A DNA stretch of 38,319 nucleotides from a virus (lineage: Duplodnaviria > Heunggongvirae > Uroviricota > Caudoviricetes), in IMG/VR virus record IMGVR_UViG_2897369580_000003, positions 1 to 38,319 of that record. One strand, 5' to 3'. Below the pieces are notes generated by a model. It was given only the letters and a program-made list of their open reading frames with translations, did no database searches and was not told the DNA's origin. Positions within the stretch are counted from its first letter, which is position 1. Every line of letters begins with the position of its first letter. Positions 17,395-26,626 of the stretch are shown one piece after another. The position numbers were made by a program, and so were the translations under genes.

Positions 17395-17783
17395 AGATGA
17401 GTTATTGGGCGCTCATTTTAACGTTTATTGCTTGTGTCGCTGGTGGTCTTGTCTGGTCAGCGAATCACTATCATGGAAAGTTTCTGGAGGAGCAGAAGCG
17501 TGCTGATGCTGCGGAACAGCGAGCTGATTCTACTGAGGCTATCACCGCGAATGTTCTGCGTACTATGGCAATAACGAACATCATTCAGGAGGCGAATCAA
17601 CATGCAAAACAGCAGATCGCACTGGAGTCACAGAGAACCCAGGAAGATATCAAAGTGGCTGTTGCGGATGATGATTGTGCTTCACGTCCTGTGCCTGCTG
17701 CCGCTGCTGACCGGTTGCGGAAGTACGCGAACAGTTTACGTCCAGGTTCCGGTAGTTCCGTTACCAGCCAGCCTGACGGCTGA
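17391..17783 (+). CDS. i-spanin (Rz-like)
   Basis: N-terminal transmembrane helix then charged coiled-coil region; overlaps the endolysin stop. Confidence 0.7.
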   Translation: MKMSYWALILTFIACVAGGLVWSANHYHGKFLEEQKRADAAEQRADSTEAITANVLRTMAITNIIQEANQHAKQQIALESQRTQEDIKVAVADDDCASRPVPAAAADRLRKYANSLRPGSGSSVTSQPDG

Positions 17784-17937
17784 AACCCCTCAGCCTGATT
17801 TACCTGATCATTTTACGTGGGGCTCGAGCTTAGATCTGAATGTCGCCTTGTTGTCTGCATTGGCGCAGTGTAATACCGATAAAGCTGACATCAGAAGGAT
17901 TGAAGTTGAGCGTGGTCACATCATGCAAAAAAAATGA
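17668..17937 (+). CDS. o-spanin (Rz1-like lipoprotein), overlapping Rz in the +1 frame and extending beyond it
   Basis: Lipobox LLTGC after a hydrophobic signal; proline-rich mature region; start inside the Rz gene. Confidence 0.6.
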   Translation: MMIVLHVLCLLPLLTGCGSTRTVYVQVPVVPLPASLTAETPQPDLPDHFTWGSSLDLNVALLSALAQCNTDKADIRRIEVERGHIMQKK

Positions 17938-18029
17938 TGTTAACTTTGTTTTGTTCCTTGATTTGATATGTGATGGCCCAATAGATACAAAGCACCTGAT
18001 TTTGGTGACTCTTTTAAAGGGCTTTACAC

Positions 18030-18350
18030 ATGAAAGATGGTATCTATTTTGTTGTTTTCAGAAGCAATCAACGTGATTTTGGTAATGGTACCGTAGTTGT
18101 CAAAAACAATGCAGTAAACGGCGGAGATTTTGGTTTTACGTATCAGGGAAAAATTGACGGTAGCCAACTTATTCTGCGCGTATCGCAGCATGATTTAAAT
18201 GTCACCTCGGTTTTCCCTGGGGTAAAGAACTTTGAATTGAGTCTTTCTTTGCAGGAACGAGGACGTGATTACCTGTTAAATGGATCTGTGGTCGGAATGC
18301 CTCAGATGCAAATTTCAATTAGTGCAAAATACATTGGTGATCTGATTTAG
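18030..18350 (+). CDS. GrlR-like small beta-barrel protein (moron)
   Basis: 106 aa beginning MKDGIYFVVFRSN with GGDFGFTYQG, resembling the N-terminus of the LEE regulator GrlR as I recall it; AT-rich; own terminator. Confidence 0.5.
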   Translation: MKDGIYFVVFRSNQRDFGNGTVVVKNNAVNGGDFGFTYQGKIDGSQLILRVSQHDLNVTSVFPGVKNFELSLSLQERGRDYLLNGSVVGMPQMQISISAKYIGDLI

Positions 18351-18371
18351 TTTATCGAGATGATAATTGAA

Positions 18372-18394
18372 CCGCCTCCGGGCGGTTTTTTATT
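18372..18394 (+). terminator. Intrinsic terminator after the GrlR-like gene (CCGCC-tccg-GGCGG then TTTTTTATT)
   Basis: GC stem and T-tract read directly. Confidence 0.8.
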
Positions 18395-18442
18395 GCCATT
18401 TCTATGGTCTGTTCCATCGTAATAACTTAAAGGGAAGCATTA

Positions 18443-18793
18443 ATGCCGCCACGAACCCCGAAAGCCTGCCGTGTTCGCGGCTGCCGCCATACCACTACTG
18501 ACCCTTCAGGCTACTGCGAAAGCCACAAAAGCGAAGGCTGGAAGCAATACAAACCTGGACAATCCCGTCATCAGCGCGGCTACGGTTCGAAGTGGGACAG
18601 TATCCGCGCGCGTGTTCTGAAGCGTGACAAAGGCCTGTGTCAATTATGTCTGCGTGCTGGTGTGGTGCGTGAGGCGAAAACTGTTGACCACATCATCCCT
18701 AAAGCGCATGGCGGCACTGATGCTGACAGTAATCTGCAGAGTCTGTGCTGGCCGTGTCATAAGGCGAAGACGGCCCGTGAACGGTTAAAGTGA
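18443..18793 (+). CDS. HNH endonuclease (terminase-associated)
   Basis: 116 aa; Cys pairs and VDHIIPKAHGGTD ... NLQSLCWPCH HNH motif; directly upstream of terminase small subunit. Confidence 0.85.
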   Translation: MPPRTPKACRVRGCRHTTTDPSGYCESHKSEGWKQYKPGQSRHQRGYGSKWDSIRARVLKRDKGLCQLCLRAGVVREAKTVDHIIPKAHGGTDADSNLQSLCWPCHKAKTARERLK

Positions 18794-18819
18794 TAATAAT
18801 TCTCAACTGTCTGAGGGGA

Positions 18820-18879
18820 GGGGCGGGTCAAATCCCTGCAGCCTGACGTCTTCCGGACTGCCCGCCCCATCGTTTTTTT
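18820..18879 (+). other. Long inverted repeat (GGGGCGGG ... CCCGCCCC) followed by a T-run between HNH and TerS; terminator-like or packaging (cos) associated
   Basis: Perfect 8-bp arms 18820-18827 / 18861-18868 with T7 at 18873-18879. Confidence 0.4.
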
Positions 18880-18918
18880 ATACCCGCGAAAAATGAAATT
18901 TAACCAGGAGTGCCGCAT

Positions 18919-19413
18919 ATGGCTGGAACGGCGGGGCGTTCCGGGCGTCGCCCCAAGCCAACGGCGCGCAAGGCGCTGGCCGGAAACCCCGGCAAGCGAG
19001 CCCTGAACAAAGATGAACCTGTTTTTACGCCCATCAAAGGTGTTGAGCCACCGGAGTGGTTCGCTGAAGAAGATCTCCCTCTCGCCACGATCATGTGGCA
19101 ACTGACAACCAAAGAACTCTGCGGTCAGGGCCTGCTGTGCGTGACTGACCTCGCGGTGCTTGAGCGGTGGTGCGTGGCCTATGAGTTCTGGCGACGTGCT
19201 GTGAAAAATATTGCCATACAGGGCAACACCATCACCGGCGCAATGGGCGGCAGGGTCAAAAATCCGGAGCTGACAGCCAAAAAAGAACAGGAGTCCGAGA
19301 TGAGCAGCACGGGGGCAATGCTCGGACTCGACCCCAGCAGCCGCCAGCGTCTGATTGGCCTGGCGGGGCAGAAGAAAGCCACTAACCCGTTTCTGAAAAT
19401 TATCGAATCATGA
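18919..19413 (+). CDS. Terminase small subunit (P27 family)
   Basis: About 165 aa; AGGAG RBS before the ATG at 18919; position between HNH and the large terminase. Confidence 0.75.
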   Translation: MAGTAGRSGRRPKPTARKALAGNPGKRALNKDEPVFTPIKGVEPPEWFAEEDLPLATIMWQLTTKELCGQGLLCVTDLAVLERWCVAYEFWRRAVKNIAIQGNTITGAMGGRVKNPELTAKKEQESEMSSTGAMLGLDPSSRQRLIGLAGQKKATNPFLKIIES

Positions 19414-21143
19414 GCCGGAAATCTTACCCCAACGTAAATGCTGCCAATCAGTATGCCCGGGATGTCGTGCGCGGAAAGATTGTGGCCTGCCAGTTTGTGA
19501 TTCAGGCCTGCCAGCGCCATCTTGATGACCTGATGGCGGAAAAAAGTAAGTCGTTTCGTTACCGCTTCGACAAGGACCTGGCTGAACGGGCCGCCAAATT
19601 TATTCAGCTGTTGCCGCATACCAAGGGTGAGTGGGCATTTAAACGGATGCCCATCACGCTGGAGCCGTGGCAGCTCTTTGTGATCTGCTGTGCGTTTGGC
19701 TGGGTCAATAAAGGCACCCGGTTGCGCCGCTTCCGGGAGGTGTATACCGAAATTCCCCGTAAGAACGGCAAATCGGCAATCTCTGCCGGTGTTGCCCTGT
19801 ATTGTTTTGCCTGTGATAACGAGTTCGGTGCGGAAGTGTATTCCGGTGCCACGACGGAGAAACAGGCATGGGAAGTCTTTCGTCCGGCACGACTGATGTG
19901 TAAACGCACACCCATGCTGACGGAAGCGTTCGGGATTGAGGTTAACGCCTCAAACATGAACCGTCCGGAGGATGGTGCGCGGTTTGAACCGCTGATCGGT
20001 AACCCCGGTGATGGTTCATCACCCCACTGTGCCGTGGTGGATGAATATCACGAGCACGCCACAGATGCGCTTTACACCACGATGCTTACCGGGATGGGGG
20101 CGCGACGCCAGCCACTGATGTGGGCCATTACCACCGCCGGGTACAACATTGAGGGGCCGTGCTACGACAAACGGCGGGAAGTCATCGAGATGCTCAACGG
20201 CTCGGTGCCCAACGATGAACTGTTCGGGATCATCTATACCGTTGACGAAGGCGACGACTGGACCGACCCGCAGGTACTTGAAAAAGCTAACCCGAATATC
20301 GGTGTGTCGGTTTATCGCGAGTTTTTGTTAAGCCAGCAGCAACGTGCGAAAAATAACGCCCGTCTGGCAAACGTCTTTAAAACAAAACACCTCAATATCT
20401 GGGTGTCGGCGCGTTCGGCGTATTTCAACCTGGTGAGCTGGCAGAGCTGCGAGGATAAATCACTGACTCTTGAGCAGTTCGAGGGGCAGCCGTGCATTCT
20501 GGCCTTTGACCTGGCGCGTAAGCTGGATATGAACAGCATGGCGCGACTTTATACCCGCGAGATTGACGGTAAAACGCATTACTACAGTGTGGCCCCGCGT
20601 TTCTGGGTACCGTATGACACGGTGTATAGCGTCGAGAAAAATGAAGATCGCCGGACAGCCGAACGCTTTCAGAAATGGGTGGAAATGGGCGTTCTGACCG
20701 TTACCGATGGTGCAGAGGTGGATTATCGCTACATCCTCGAAGAGGCCAAAGCGGCGAACAAAATCAGCCCGGTCAGTGAGTCACCCATCGACCCTTTCGG
20801 AGCGACCGGGCTGTCACATGACCTTGCTGATGAAGACCTGAATCCCGTTACTATCGTCCAGAACTTCGCCAATATGTCCGACCCGATGAAAGAGCTGGAG
20901 GCAGCGATTGAATCGGGACGCTTTCATCATGACGGCAATCCCATCATGACCTGGTGTATCGGCAACGTGGTCGGCAAAAACATGCCAGGTAACGATGATT
21001 TAGTGAAGCCCGTCAAAGAGCAGGCGGAAAACAAAATTGACGGTGCAGTTGCGCTGATTATGGCGGTTGGCAGAGCCATGCTGTATGAGAAAGAAGACAC
21101 GCTGTCTGACCACATTGAGTCCTACGGGATCCGCTCGCTTTAA
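19410..21143 (+). CDS. Terminase large subunit
   Basis: 577 aa; ATPase and nuclease architecture; overlapping start with TerS. Confidence 0.9.
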   Translation: MSRKSYPNVNAANQYARDVVRGKIVACQFVIQACQRHLDDLMAEKSKSFRYRFDKDLAERAAKFIQLLPHTKGEWAFKRMPITLEPWQLFVICCAFGWVNKGTRLRRFREVYTEIPRKNGKSAISAGVALYCFACDNEFGAEVYSGATTEKQAWEVFRPARLMCKRTPMLTEAFGIEVNASNMNRPEDGARFEPLIGNPGDGSSPHCAVVDEYHEHATDALYTTMLTGMGARRQPLMWAITTAGYNIEGPCYDKRREVIEMLNGSVPNDELFGIIYTVDEGDDWTDPQVLEKANPNIGVSVYREFLLSQQQRAKNNARLANVFKTKHLNIWVSARSAYFNLVSWQSCEDKSLTLEQFEGQPCILAFDLARKLDMNSMARLYTREIDGKTHYYSVAPRFWVPYDTVYSVEKNEDRRTAERFQKWVEMGVLTVTDGAEVDYRYILEEAKAANKISPVSESPIDPFGATGLSHDLADEDLNPVTIVQNFANMSDPMKELEAAIESGRFHHDGNPIMTWCIGNVVGKNMPGNDDLVKPVKEQAENKIDGAVALIMAVGRAMLYEKEDTLSDHIESYGIRSL

Positions 21144-21154
21144 CTGAGGTAATT

Positions 21155-21337
21155 ATGATCATGCTGATTCTCGCGCCTCTGGTGGGCGTGCTGGGGGCGC
21201 TTTTGCTGGCGTATGGTGCCTGGCTGATTTATCCCCCGGCGGGGTTTGTTGTTGCCGGGGCGTTGTGTCTGTTCTGGTCGTGGCTGGTGGCGCGATATCT
21301 CGACCGTACACAGCTGTCTGTCGGCGGAGGTAAATAG
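21155..21337 (+). CDS. Small membrane protein between terminase and portal
   Basis: 60 aa, two hydrophobic helices. Confidence 0.45.
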   Translation: MIMLILAPLVGVLGALLLAYGAWLIYPPAGFVVAGALCLFWSWLVARYLDRTQLSVGGGK

Positions 21338-22578
21338 TGTTCTTTTCGGGATTATTTCAACGAAAAAGTGACGCGCCGGTGACCACCCCAGCAGAGCTGG
21401 CGGATGCTATAGGGCTGTCATATGACACCTATACCGGAAAGCAGATCAGCAGCCAGCGGGCCATGCGACTGACGGCGGTTTTTTCCTGCGTCAGGGTGCT
21501 GGCAGAGTCGGTCGGGATGTTGCCCTGCAATCTGTATCACCTGAACGGCAGCCTGAAACAGAGAGCCACCGGCGAACGTCTGCATAAGCTGATCTCCACG
21601 CATCCCAATAGCTATATGACGCCGCAGGAGTTCTGGGAGCTGGTGGTCACCTGTCTGTGCCTGCGGGGAAACTTTTACGCCTACAAAGTGAAAGCATTTG
21701 GCGAAGTGGCTGAACTGCTGCCCGTCGATCCTGGCTGTGTGGTACCGAAGCTTAACAGTAGCTGGGAGCCGGTCTATCAGGTCACATTCCCGGACGGCTC
21801 CACGGATGTGCTGACCCAGGAGGATATCTGGCATGTGCGCACGCTGACGCTGGACGGTCTGGTGGGGCTGAATCCCATCGCCTATGCCCGCGAGGCAATA
21901 TCGCTGGCAGCTGCGACCGAAGAGCACGGGGCCAGACTGTTCAGCAATGGTGCGGTGACGTCGGGTGTGTTGCGTACAGAGCAGACGCTGTCAGATCAGG
22001 CTTACGAGCGCCTGAAGAAAGATTTTGAGGAGCGTCACACCGGGCTTGGTAATGCTCACCGCCCGATGATCCTTGAGATGGGGCTGGACTGGAAGTCGAT
22101 GGCGCTGAACGCCGAGGACAGCCAGTTCCTGGAAACCCGCAAGTTTCAGCTTGAAGAAATTTGTCGTCTGTTCCGTGTGCCATTGCACATGGTGCAGAAC
22201 ACCGATCGCGCCACCTTCAACAATATCGAAGAGCTGGGGCTCGGATTTATCAACTATTCACTGGTGCCGTATCTGACCCGCATTGAGCAGCGGATCAACA
22301 CCGGACTGGTACGAAAAAGTAAGCAGGGTGTTTATTACGCCAAATTTAACGCCGGGGCGTTACTGCGCGGGGATATGAAGTCCCGTTTTGAAGCCTACGC
22401 CACCGGGATTAACTGGGGAATTTACTCTCCCAATGACTGCCGCGACCTGGAAGATATGAATCCGCGTCCCGGTGGTGATGTCTATCTCACACCGATGAAC
22501 ATGACCACGAAACCCTCCGATGGCAGTAAAGCCGGTAAGCAGAAGGATAACGCCAATGCAGACGAAACAACGTCTTGA
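21337..22578 (+). CDS. Portal protein (HK97 family)
   Basis: 413 aa; GTG start with GGAGG RBS; position after terminase. Confidence 0.85.
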   Translation: MFFSGLFQRKSDAPVTTPAELADAIGLSYDTYTGKQISSQRAMRLTAVFSCVRVLAESVGMLPCNLYHLNGSLKQRATGERLHKLISTHPNSYMTPQEFWELVVTCLCLRGNFYAYKVKAFGEVAELLPVDPGCVVPKLNSSWEPVYQVTFPDGSTDVLTQEDIWHVRTLTLDGLVGLNPIAYAREAISLAAATEEHGARLFSNGAVTSGVLRTEQTLSDQAYERLKKDFEERHTGLGNAHRPMILEMGLDWKSMALNAEDSQFLETRKFQLEEICRLFRVPLHMVQNTDRATFNNIEELGLGFINYSLVPYLTRIEQRINTGLVRKSKQGVYYAKFNAGALLRGDMKSRFEAYATGINWGIYSPNDCRDLEDMNPRPGGDVYLTPMNMTTKPSDGSKAGKQKDNANADETTS

Positions 22579-23206
22579 TGTACCGCTGAGTCTGAAATCT
22601 GTCAGTGACTCCGGTGAGTTTGAAGGATATGGCTCCGTCTTTGGTGTAAAGGACAGTCACGATGATGTGGTGATGTCCGGGGCATTTGCTGCGTCCCTGC
22701 GGGCGTGGAGTGACAGAAAAGCGTTACCTGCGCTGCTCTGGCAGCACCGCATGGATGAACCCATCGGTGTTTACACCGAAATGAAGGAAGACGATGTCGG
22801 GCTTTACGTCAGAGGGCGGTTGCTCATTGATGATGATCCCCTCGCAAAACGCGCACATGCACACATGAAGGCCGGTTCGTTAACCGGCCTTTCTATTGGG
22901 TACGTCCTGAAGGACTGGGAATACGACCGGACGAAAGAAGCCTTTCTGCTGAAAGAAATCGACCTCTGGGAAGTCAGTCTGGTGACGTTTCCGTCTAACG
23001 ACGAGGCGCGGATCAGCGACGTCAAGAACGCACTGGCCCGCGGGGAAATCCCCGAACAGAAAAAAATCGAAAGAGTCCTGCGTGATGTCGGACTCTCCCG
23101 TACCCAGGCCAAAGCATTCATGGCCGGGGGCTATGGCGCACTGTCCCTGCGCGACGCTGAGGATGTGGGCTCTGCACTGAATGCACTGAAAAATCTGAAC
23201 TTCTAA
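22556..23206 (+). CDS. Prohead protease (HK97 family)
   Basis: Start taken at MQTKQRLD with AAGGA RBS (track ORF begins at 22520); position between portal and capsid. Confidence 0.8.
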   Translation: MQTKQRLDVPLSLKSVSDSGEFEGYGSVFGVKDSHDDVVMSGAFAASLRAWSDRKALPALLWQHRMDEPIGVYTEMKEDDVGLYVRGRLLIDDDPLAKRAHAHMKAGSLTGLSIGYVLKDWEYDRTKEAFLLKEIDLWEVSLVTFPSNDEARISDVKNALARGEIPEQKKIERVLRDVGLSRTQAKAFMAGGYGALSLRDAEDVGSALNALKNLNF

Positions 23207-23220
23207 TCAGGAGAAATACG

Positions 23221-24426
23221 ATGGCGGTTGATATTAAAGATGTCGAACAGGTCGCGCAGGAGCTGCAGCAGAAGTTTGACGACTTCAAAGCAAAGAACGA
23301 CAAGCGCGTGGATGCGATTGAGCAGGAAAAAGGCAAGCTTGCCGGGCAGGTGGAAACCCTGAACGGGAAACTCAGCGAGCTGGAAAACCTCAAAAGCGAT
23401 CTTGAAAAAGAGCTGCTTGAGCTGAAACGTCCGGCAGGTGGTGCGCAAAATAAACTGGCCACCGAGCATAAAGAGGCGTTTGTGGGCTTCCTGCGTAAAG
23501 GCCGTGAAGACGGTCTGCGCGATCTGGAGCGTAAGGCATTGCAGGTGGGCACCGATGAAGACGGTGGCTACGCCGTGCCGGAAGAACTGGATCGCAACAT
23601 TCTTAACCTGCTGAAAGATGAAGTGGTGATGCGTCAGGAAGCCACGGTGATCACCGTTGGTGGTTCCGACTACAAAAAACTGGTGAATCTGGGCGGCACG
23701 GCTTCCGGGTGGGTTGGCGAGACTGACGCGCGCTCCCAGACTGCCACCTCAAAACTGGGGCTGATTGAACCTTTCATGGGGGAAATCTACGGTAACCCGC
23801 AGGCCACCCAGAAAATGCTGGATGATGCCTTTTTCAACGTGGAGGCCTGGATCAACAGCGAGCTGGCAACCGAATTTGCCGAACAGGAAGAAATTGCCTT
23901 TACCACCGGCGATGGTACCAAGAAGCCGAAAGGGTTCCTGGCGTATGAATCCACGGATGAAACCGATAAGGTCCGGGCGTTCGGCAAACTTCAGCATATT
24001 GTATCCGGCGACGCGACTGCGGTGACCGCAGACGCCATTATCAAACTGATTTACACGCTGCGAAAGGCACACCGCACTGGCGCGAAGTTCATGATGAATA
24101 ACAACAGCCTGTTTGCCATCCGTCTGCTGAAAGACACCGAGGGTAACTATCTGTGGCGTCCGGGGCTGGAACTGGGGCAGCCGTCCTCTCTGGCGGGTTA
24201 CGGTATCGCTGAAAACGAACAGATGCCGGATATCGCCGCTGATGCGAAAGCCCTTGCATTTGGTAACTTCAAACGGGGTTACACCATCGTTGACCGTATC
24301 GGCACCCGCATTCTGCGTGACCCGTACACCAATAAACCGTTTGTCGGTTTTTATACCACCAAGCGCACCGGCGGGATGCTGGTCGATTCGCAGGCCATCA
24401 AACTGATGAAGATTGCAGCGGCGTAA
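23221..24426 (+). CDS. Major capsid protein (HK97 fold)
   Basis: 401 aa; N-terminal coiled-coil delta-domain-like region then capsid domain; position after protease. Confidence 0.85.
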   Translation: MAVDIKDVEQVAQELQQKFDDFKAKNDKRVDAIEQEKGKLAGQVETLNGKLSELENLKSDLEKELLELKRPAGGAQNKLATEHKEAFVGFLRKGREDGLRDLERKALQVGTDEDGGYAVPEELDRNILNLLKDEVVMRQEATVITVGGSDYKKLVNLGGTASGWVGETDARSQTATSKLGLIEPFMGEIYGNPQATQKMLDDAFFNVEAWINSELATEFAEQEEIAFTTGDGTKKPKGFLAYESTDETDKVRAFGKLQHIVSGDATAVTADAIIKLIYTLRKAHRTGAKFMMNNNSLFAIRLLKDTEGNYLWRPGLELGQPSSLAGYGIAENEQMPDIAADAKALAFGNFKRGYTIVDRIGTRILRDPYTNKPFVGFYTTKRTGGMLVDSQAIKLMKIAAA

Positions 24427-24433
24427 TCACTCA

Positions 24434-24453
24434 GGGGCGCGGAACCGCGCCCC
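24434..24453 (+). terminator. GC-rich hairpin after the capsid gene (GGGGCGCGG / CCGCGCCCC), possible attenuator
   Basis: 9-bp inverted repeat read directly; weak T-run. Confidence 0.4.
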
Positions 24454-24475
24454 CTGTTCTGACGGGTGAAGAATC

Positions 24476-24676
24476 ATGATCCTGAAACAAGATCTGAAAT
24501 GGTCACCGGACGGTATGCGTGTTGAGGTCATTCGGGCCGGTGAGTATGACGACGGGGCGCTTCCTGCCCGGGTGCAGGAGATTGCACTTCAGGCCGGGTT
24601 AGCAGAGCGCGGAACCAGTGCAAAAAGCAGTAAAGCGGCAAAAGAGAAAAAAGCCACGACCAGTAAAGAGGGCTGA
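24476..24676 (+). CDS. Small hypothetical head-associated protein
   Basis: 66-aa ORF between the capsid and connector genes. Confidence 0.45.
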   Translation: MILKQDLKWSPDGMRVEVIRAGEYDDGALPARVQEIALQAGLAERGTSAKSSKAAKEKKATTSKEG

Positions 24677-24678
24677 GT

Positions 24679-25002
24679 ATGCTTCTGACAATGGAAGAGA
24701 TTAAAGCCCAACTCCGGCTGGATGAGGATTTCGATGCTGATGACCGCCATCTGCAACTGCTGGCCTGTGCGGCGCAAAAGCGGACGGAAACGTATCTGAA
24801 CCGGAAGCTCTATGCACCGGATGAAACCATTCCGGACAGCGATCCGGACGGGCTGCACCTGTCGGATGATATTCGTCTGGGGATGCTGATGCTTATCAGC
24901 CATTTTTACGAAAACCGCTCTTCGGTTACGGAAGTGGAGAAACTCGACATGCCGCAGAGTTTTGGCTGGCTTGTCGGCCCGTACAGGTACTTTCCGCAAT
25001 GA
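24679..25002 (+). CDS. Head-tail connector protein (gp6-like)
   Basis: 107 aa; position and size typical of head-tail connectors. Confidence 0.6.
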   Translation: MLLTMEEIKAQLRLDEDFDADDRHLQLLACAAQKRTETYLNRKLYAPDETIPDSDPDGLHLSDDIRLGMLMLISHFYENRSSVTEVEKLDMPQSFGWLVGPYRYFPQ

Positions 25003-25409
25003 AAATTCGTCAGACGCAGACCAGCGCAACCTACATTCTGCCGGACCCCGGCGAACTGAATAAACGCGTCCTGATCCGCCAGCGGGTGGATATGCCTGCG
25101 GATAACTTTGGCGTGGAGCCTCAATACCCGGTTGCGTTCCGGGCATGGGCGAAGGTTGTCCAGACCAGTGCCACCACCTGGCAGGAAACCGCGCAGACCG
25201 GGGACGCCATCACCCATTACATCACCATTCGTTACCGCCGGGGGATCACTGCTGATTATGAGGTGGTCTGTGATGACAGTGTGTACCGGGTGAAACGTCA
25301 GCGTGATCTGAACGGGGCGCGGCGCTTTCTGCTGCTGGAGTGTACGGAGCTGGGCGAATGTAGGCAGAGTCACGGAGGCAGCAATGGCGACTCCCTTTTT
25401 TCACGTTGA
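24999..25409 (+). CDS. Head closure / head-tail adaptor protein
   Basis: 136 aa; overlapping starts and stops with neighbours in the head-tail joining module. Confidence 0.55.
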   Translation: MKIRQTQTSATYILPDPGELNKRVLIRQRVDMPADNFGVEPQYPVAFRAWAKVVQTSATTWQETAQTGDAITHYITIRYRRGITADYEVVCDDSVYRVKRQRDLNGARRFLLLECTELGECRQSHGGSNGDSLFSR

Positions 25410-25890
25410 TGTTCAGCAGCCCGCCGAGATGCGCTTTAACCGCGCCCGTGTCCGACGGGCGTTTGTCACGATTGGGCAGCGTCATATGCGTGATGCCCGT
25501 CGGCTGGTGATGCGCCGTGCGCGGTCGGCACCGGGTGAAAACCCCGGTTATCAGACCGGACGCCTGGCTCGTTCGATTGGTTATATGGTGCCGAGAGCCA
25601 GTAAAAAGCGAGCCGGTTTTATGACACGCATTGCCCCTAACCAGCGCAACGGGAAGGGGAACCGGATGATCTCTGGTGACTTCTATCCGGCGTTTCTGTT
25701 TTTTGGTGTCCGGGGAGGAGCAAAACGTCGTCGCAGTCATCATCGTGGTGCATCCGGTGGCAGCGGCTGGCGACTGGCTCCACGTAATAACTTCATGGTG
25801 GAAACTCTTGAAAAGAACCGCAGCTGGACACGCTATTTTCTGGCGCGGGAATTGCGTAAATCACTGAAGCCGGAGCGACGACACAGATGA
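25384..25890 (+). CDS. HK97 gp10-family phage protein
   Basis: 168 aa; basic, tightly coupled in the head-tail joining module. Confidence 0.5.
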   Translation: MATPFFHVDVQQPAEMRFNRARVRRAFVTIGQRHMRDARRLVMRRARSAPGENPGYQTGRLARSIGYMVPRASKKRAGFMTRIAPNQRNGKGNRMISGDFYPAFLFFGVRGGAKRRRSHHRGASGGSGWRLAPRNNFMVETLEKNRSWTRYFLARELRKSLKPERRHR

Positions 25891-26447
25891 AACTGACGCC
25901 TGTTATTGCTGCGCTGCGTGCCCGCTGCCCGTATTTTGAAAACCGGGTGGCAGGCGCGGCACAGTTCAAAAATCTGCCGGAGGTCGGAAAGCTGAGACTC
26001 CCGGCGGCGTATGTGGTACCGGGTGATGACTCTCCGGGAGAAAACAAAAGCCAGACCGACTACTGGCAGGAGCTGAAAGAGGGTTTCTCCGTGGTTGTCA
26101 TACTGAGTAACGGGCGTGATGAGCGCGGTCAGTTTGCCTCGTATGATGTGGTGGACGATGTCCGGCAGATGCTCTTTAAGGCTCTGCTGGGCTGGAACCC
26201 GGAGGCGTGCGGTAACCCGATTACCTATGACGGCGGCACGCTGCTGGATCTGAATCGTCATGAGCTGATTTATCAGTTCGATTTTTCGGTCATCAGCGAG
26301 CTGACCGAAGACGATACCCGCCAGCAGGATGACCTGAACAGTCTGGATGAACTGCGAACGCTGGCGATTGATGTTGATTATCTCGATCCCGGTAACGGGC
26401 CTGACGGCGATATCGAACATCACACCGAAATAACCCTTCCTACCTGA
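25887..26447 (+). CDS. Putative tail completion / tail terminator protein
   Basis: 186 aa; last gene before the sheath cluster. Confidence 0.45.
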   Translation: MKLTPVIAALRARCPYFENRVAGAAQFKNLPEVGKLRLPAAYVVPGDDSPGENKSQTDYWQELKEGFSVVVILSNGRDERGQFASYDVVDDVRQMLFKALLGWNPEACGNPITYDGGTLLDLNRHELIYQFDFSVISELTEDDTRQQDDLNSLDELRTLAIDVDYLDPGNGPDGDIEHHTEITLPT

Positions 26448-26455
26448 GAATCTTC

Positions 26456-26626
26456 ATGTTTGTGAAACCTGTTAAAGGGCGGTCAGTTCCTGACCCTGCC
26501 CGCGGCGACCTTTTGCCCGCCGAAGGGCGAAATGTTGACGAGAACAACTACTGGCTGCGCCGTGAAGCAGCGGGTGATATCCGGCGCGTGAATAAAAAGG
26601 TGAATACCGATGACGATAAGCTTTAA
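26456..26626 (+). CDS. DUF2635-like small protein upstream of the tail sheath (56 aa, below the track cutoff)
   Basis: Manual translation MFVKPVKGRSVPDPARGDLLPAEGRNVDENNYWLRREAAGDI... resembles small proteins that precede Mu-like sheath genes. Confidence 0.5.
   Translation: MFVKPVKGRSVPDPARGDLLPAEGRNVDENNYWLRREAAGDIRRVNKKVNTDDDKL

Noticed and set aside
17840-18076. ORF 17840..18076 (+)
   Set aside because: It overlaps the 3' end of the Rz1-like gene and the start of the GrlR-like gene, has no RBS, and the peptide is implausible.
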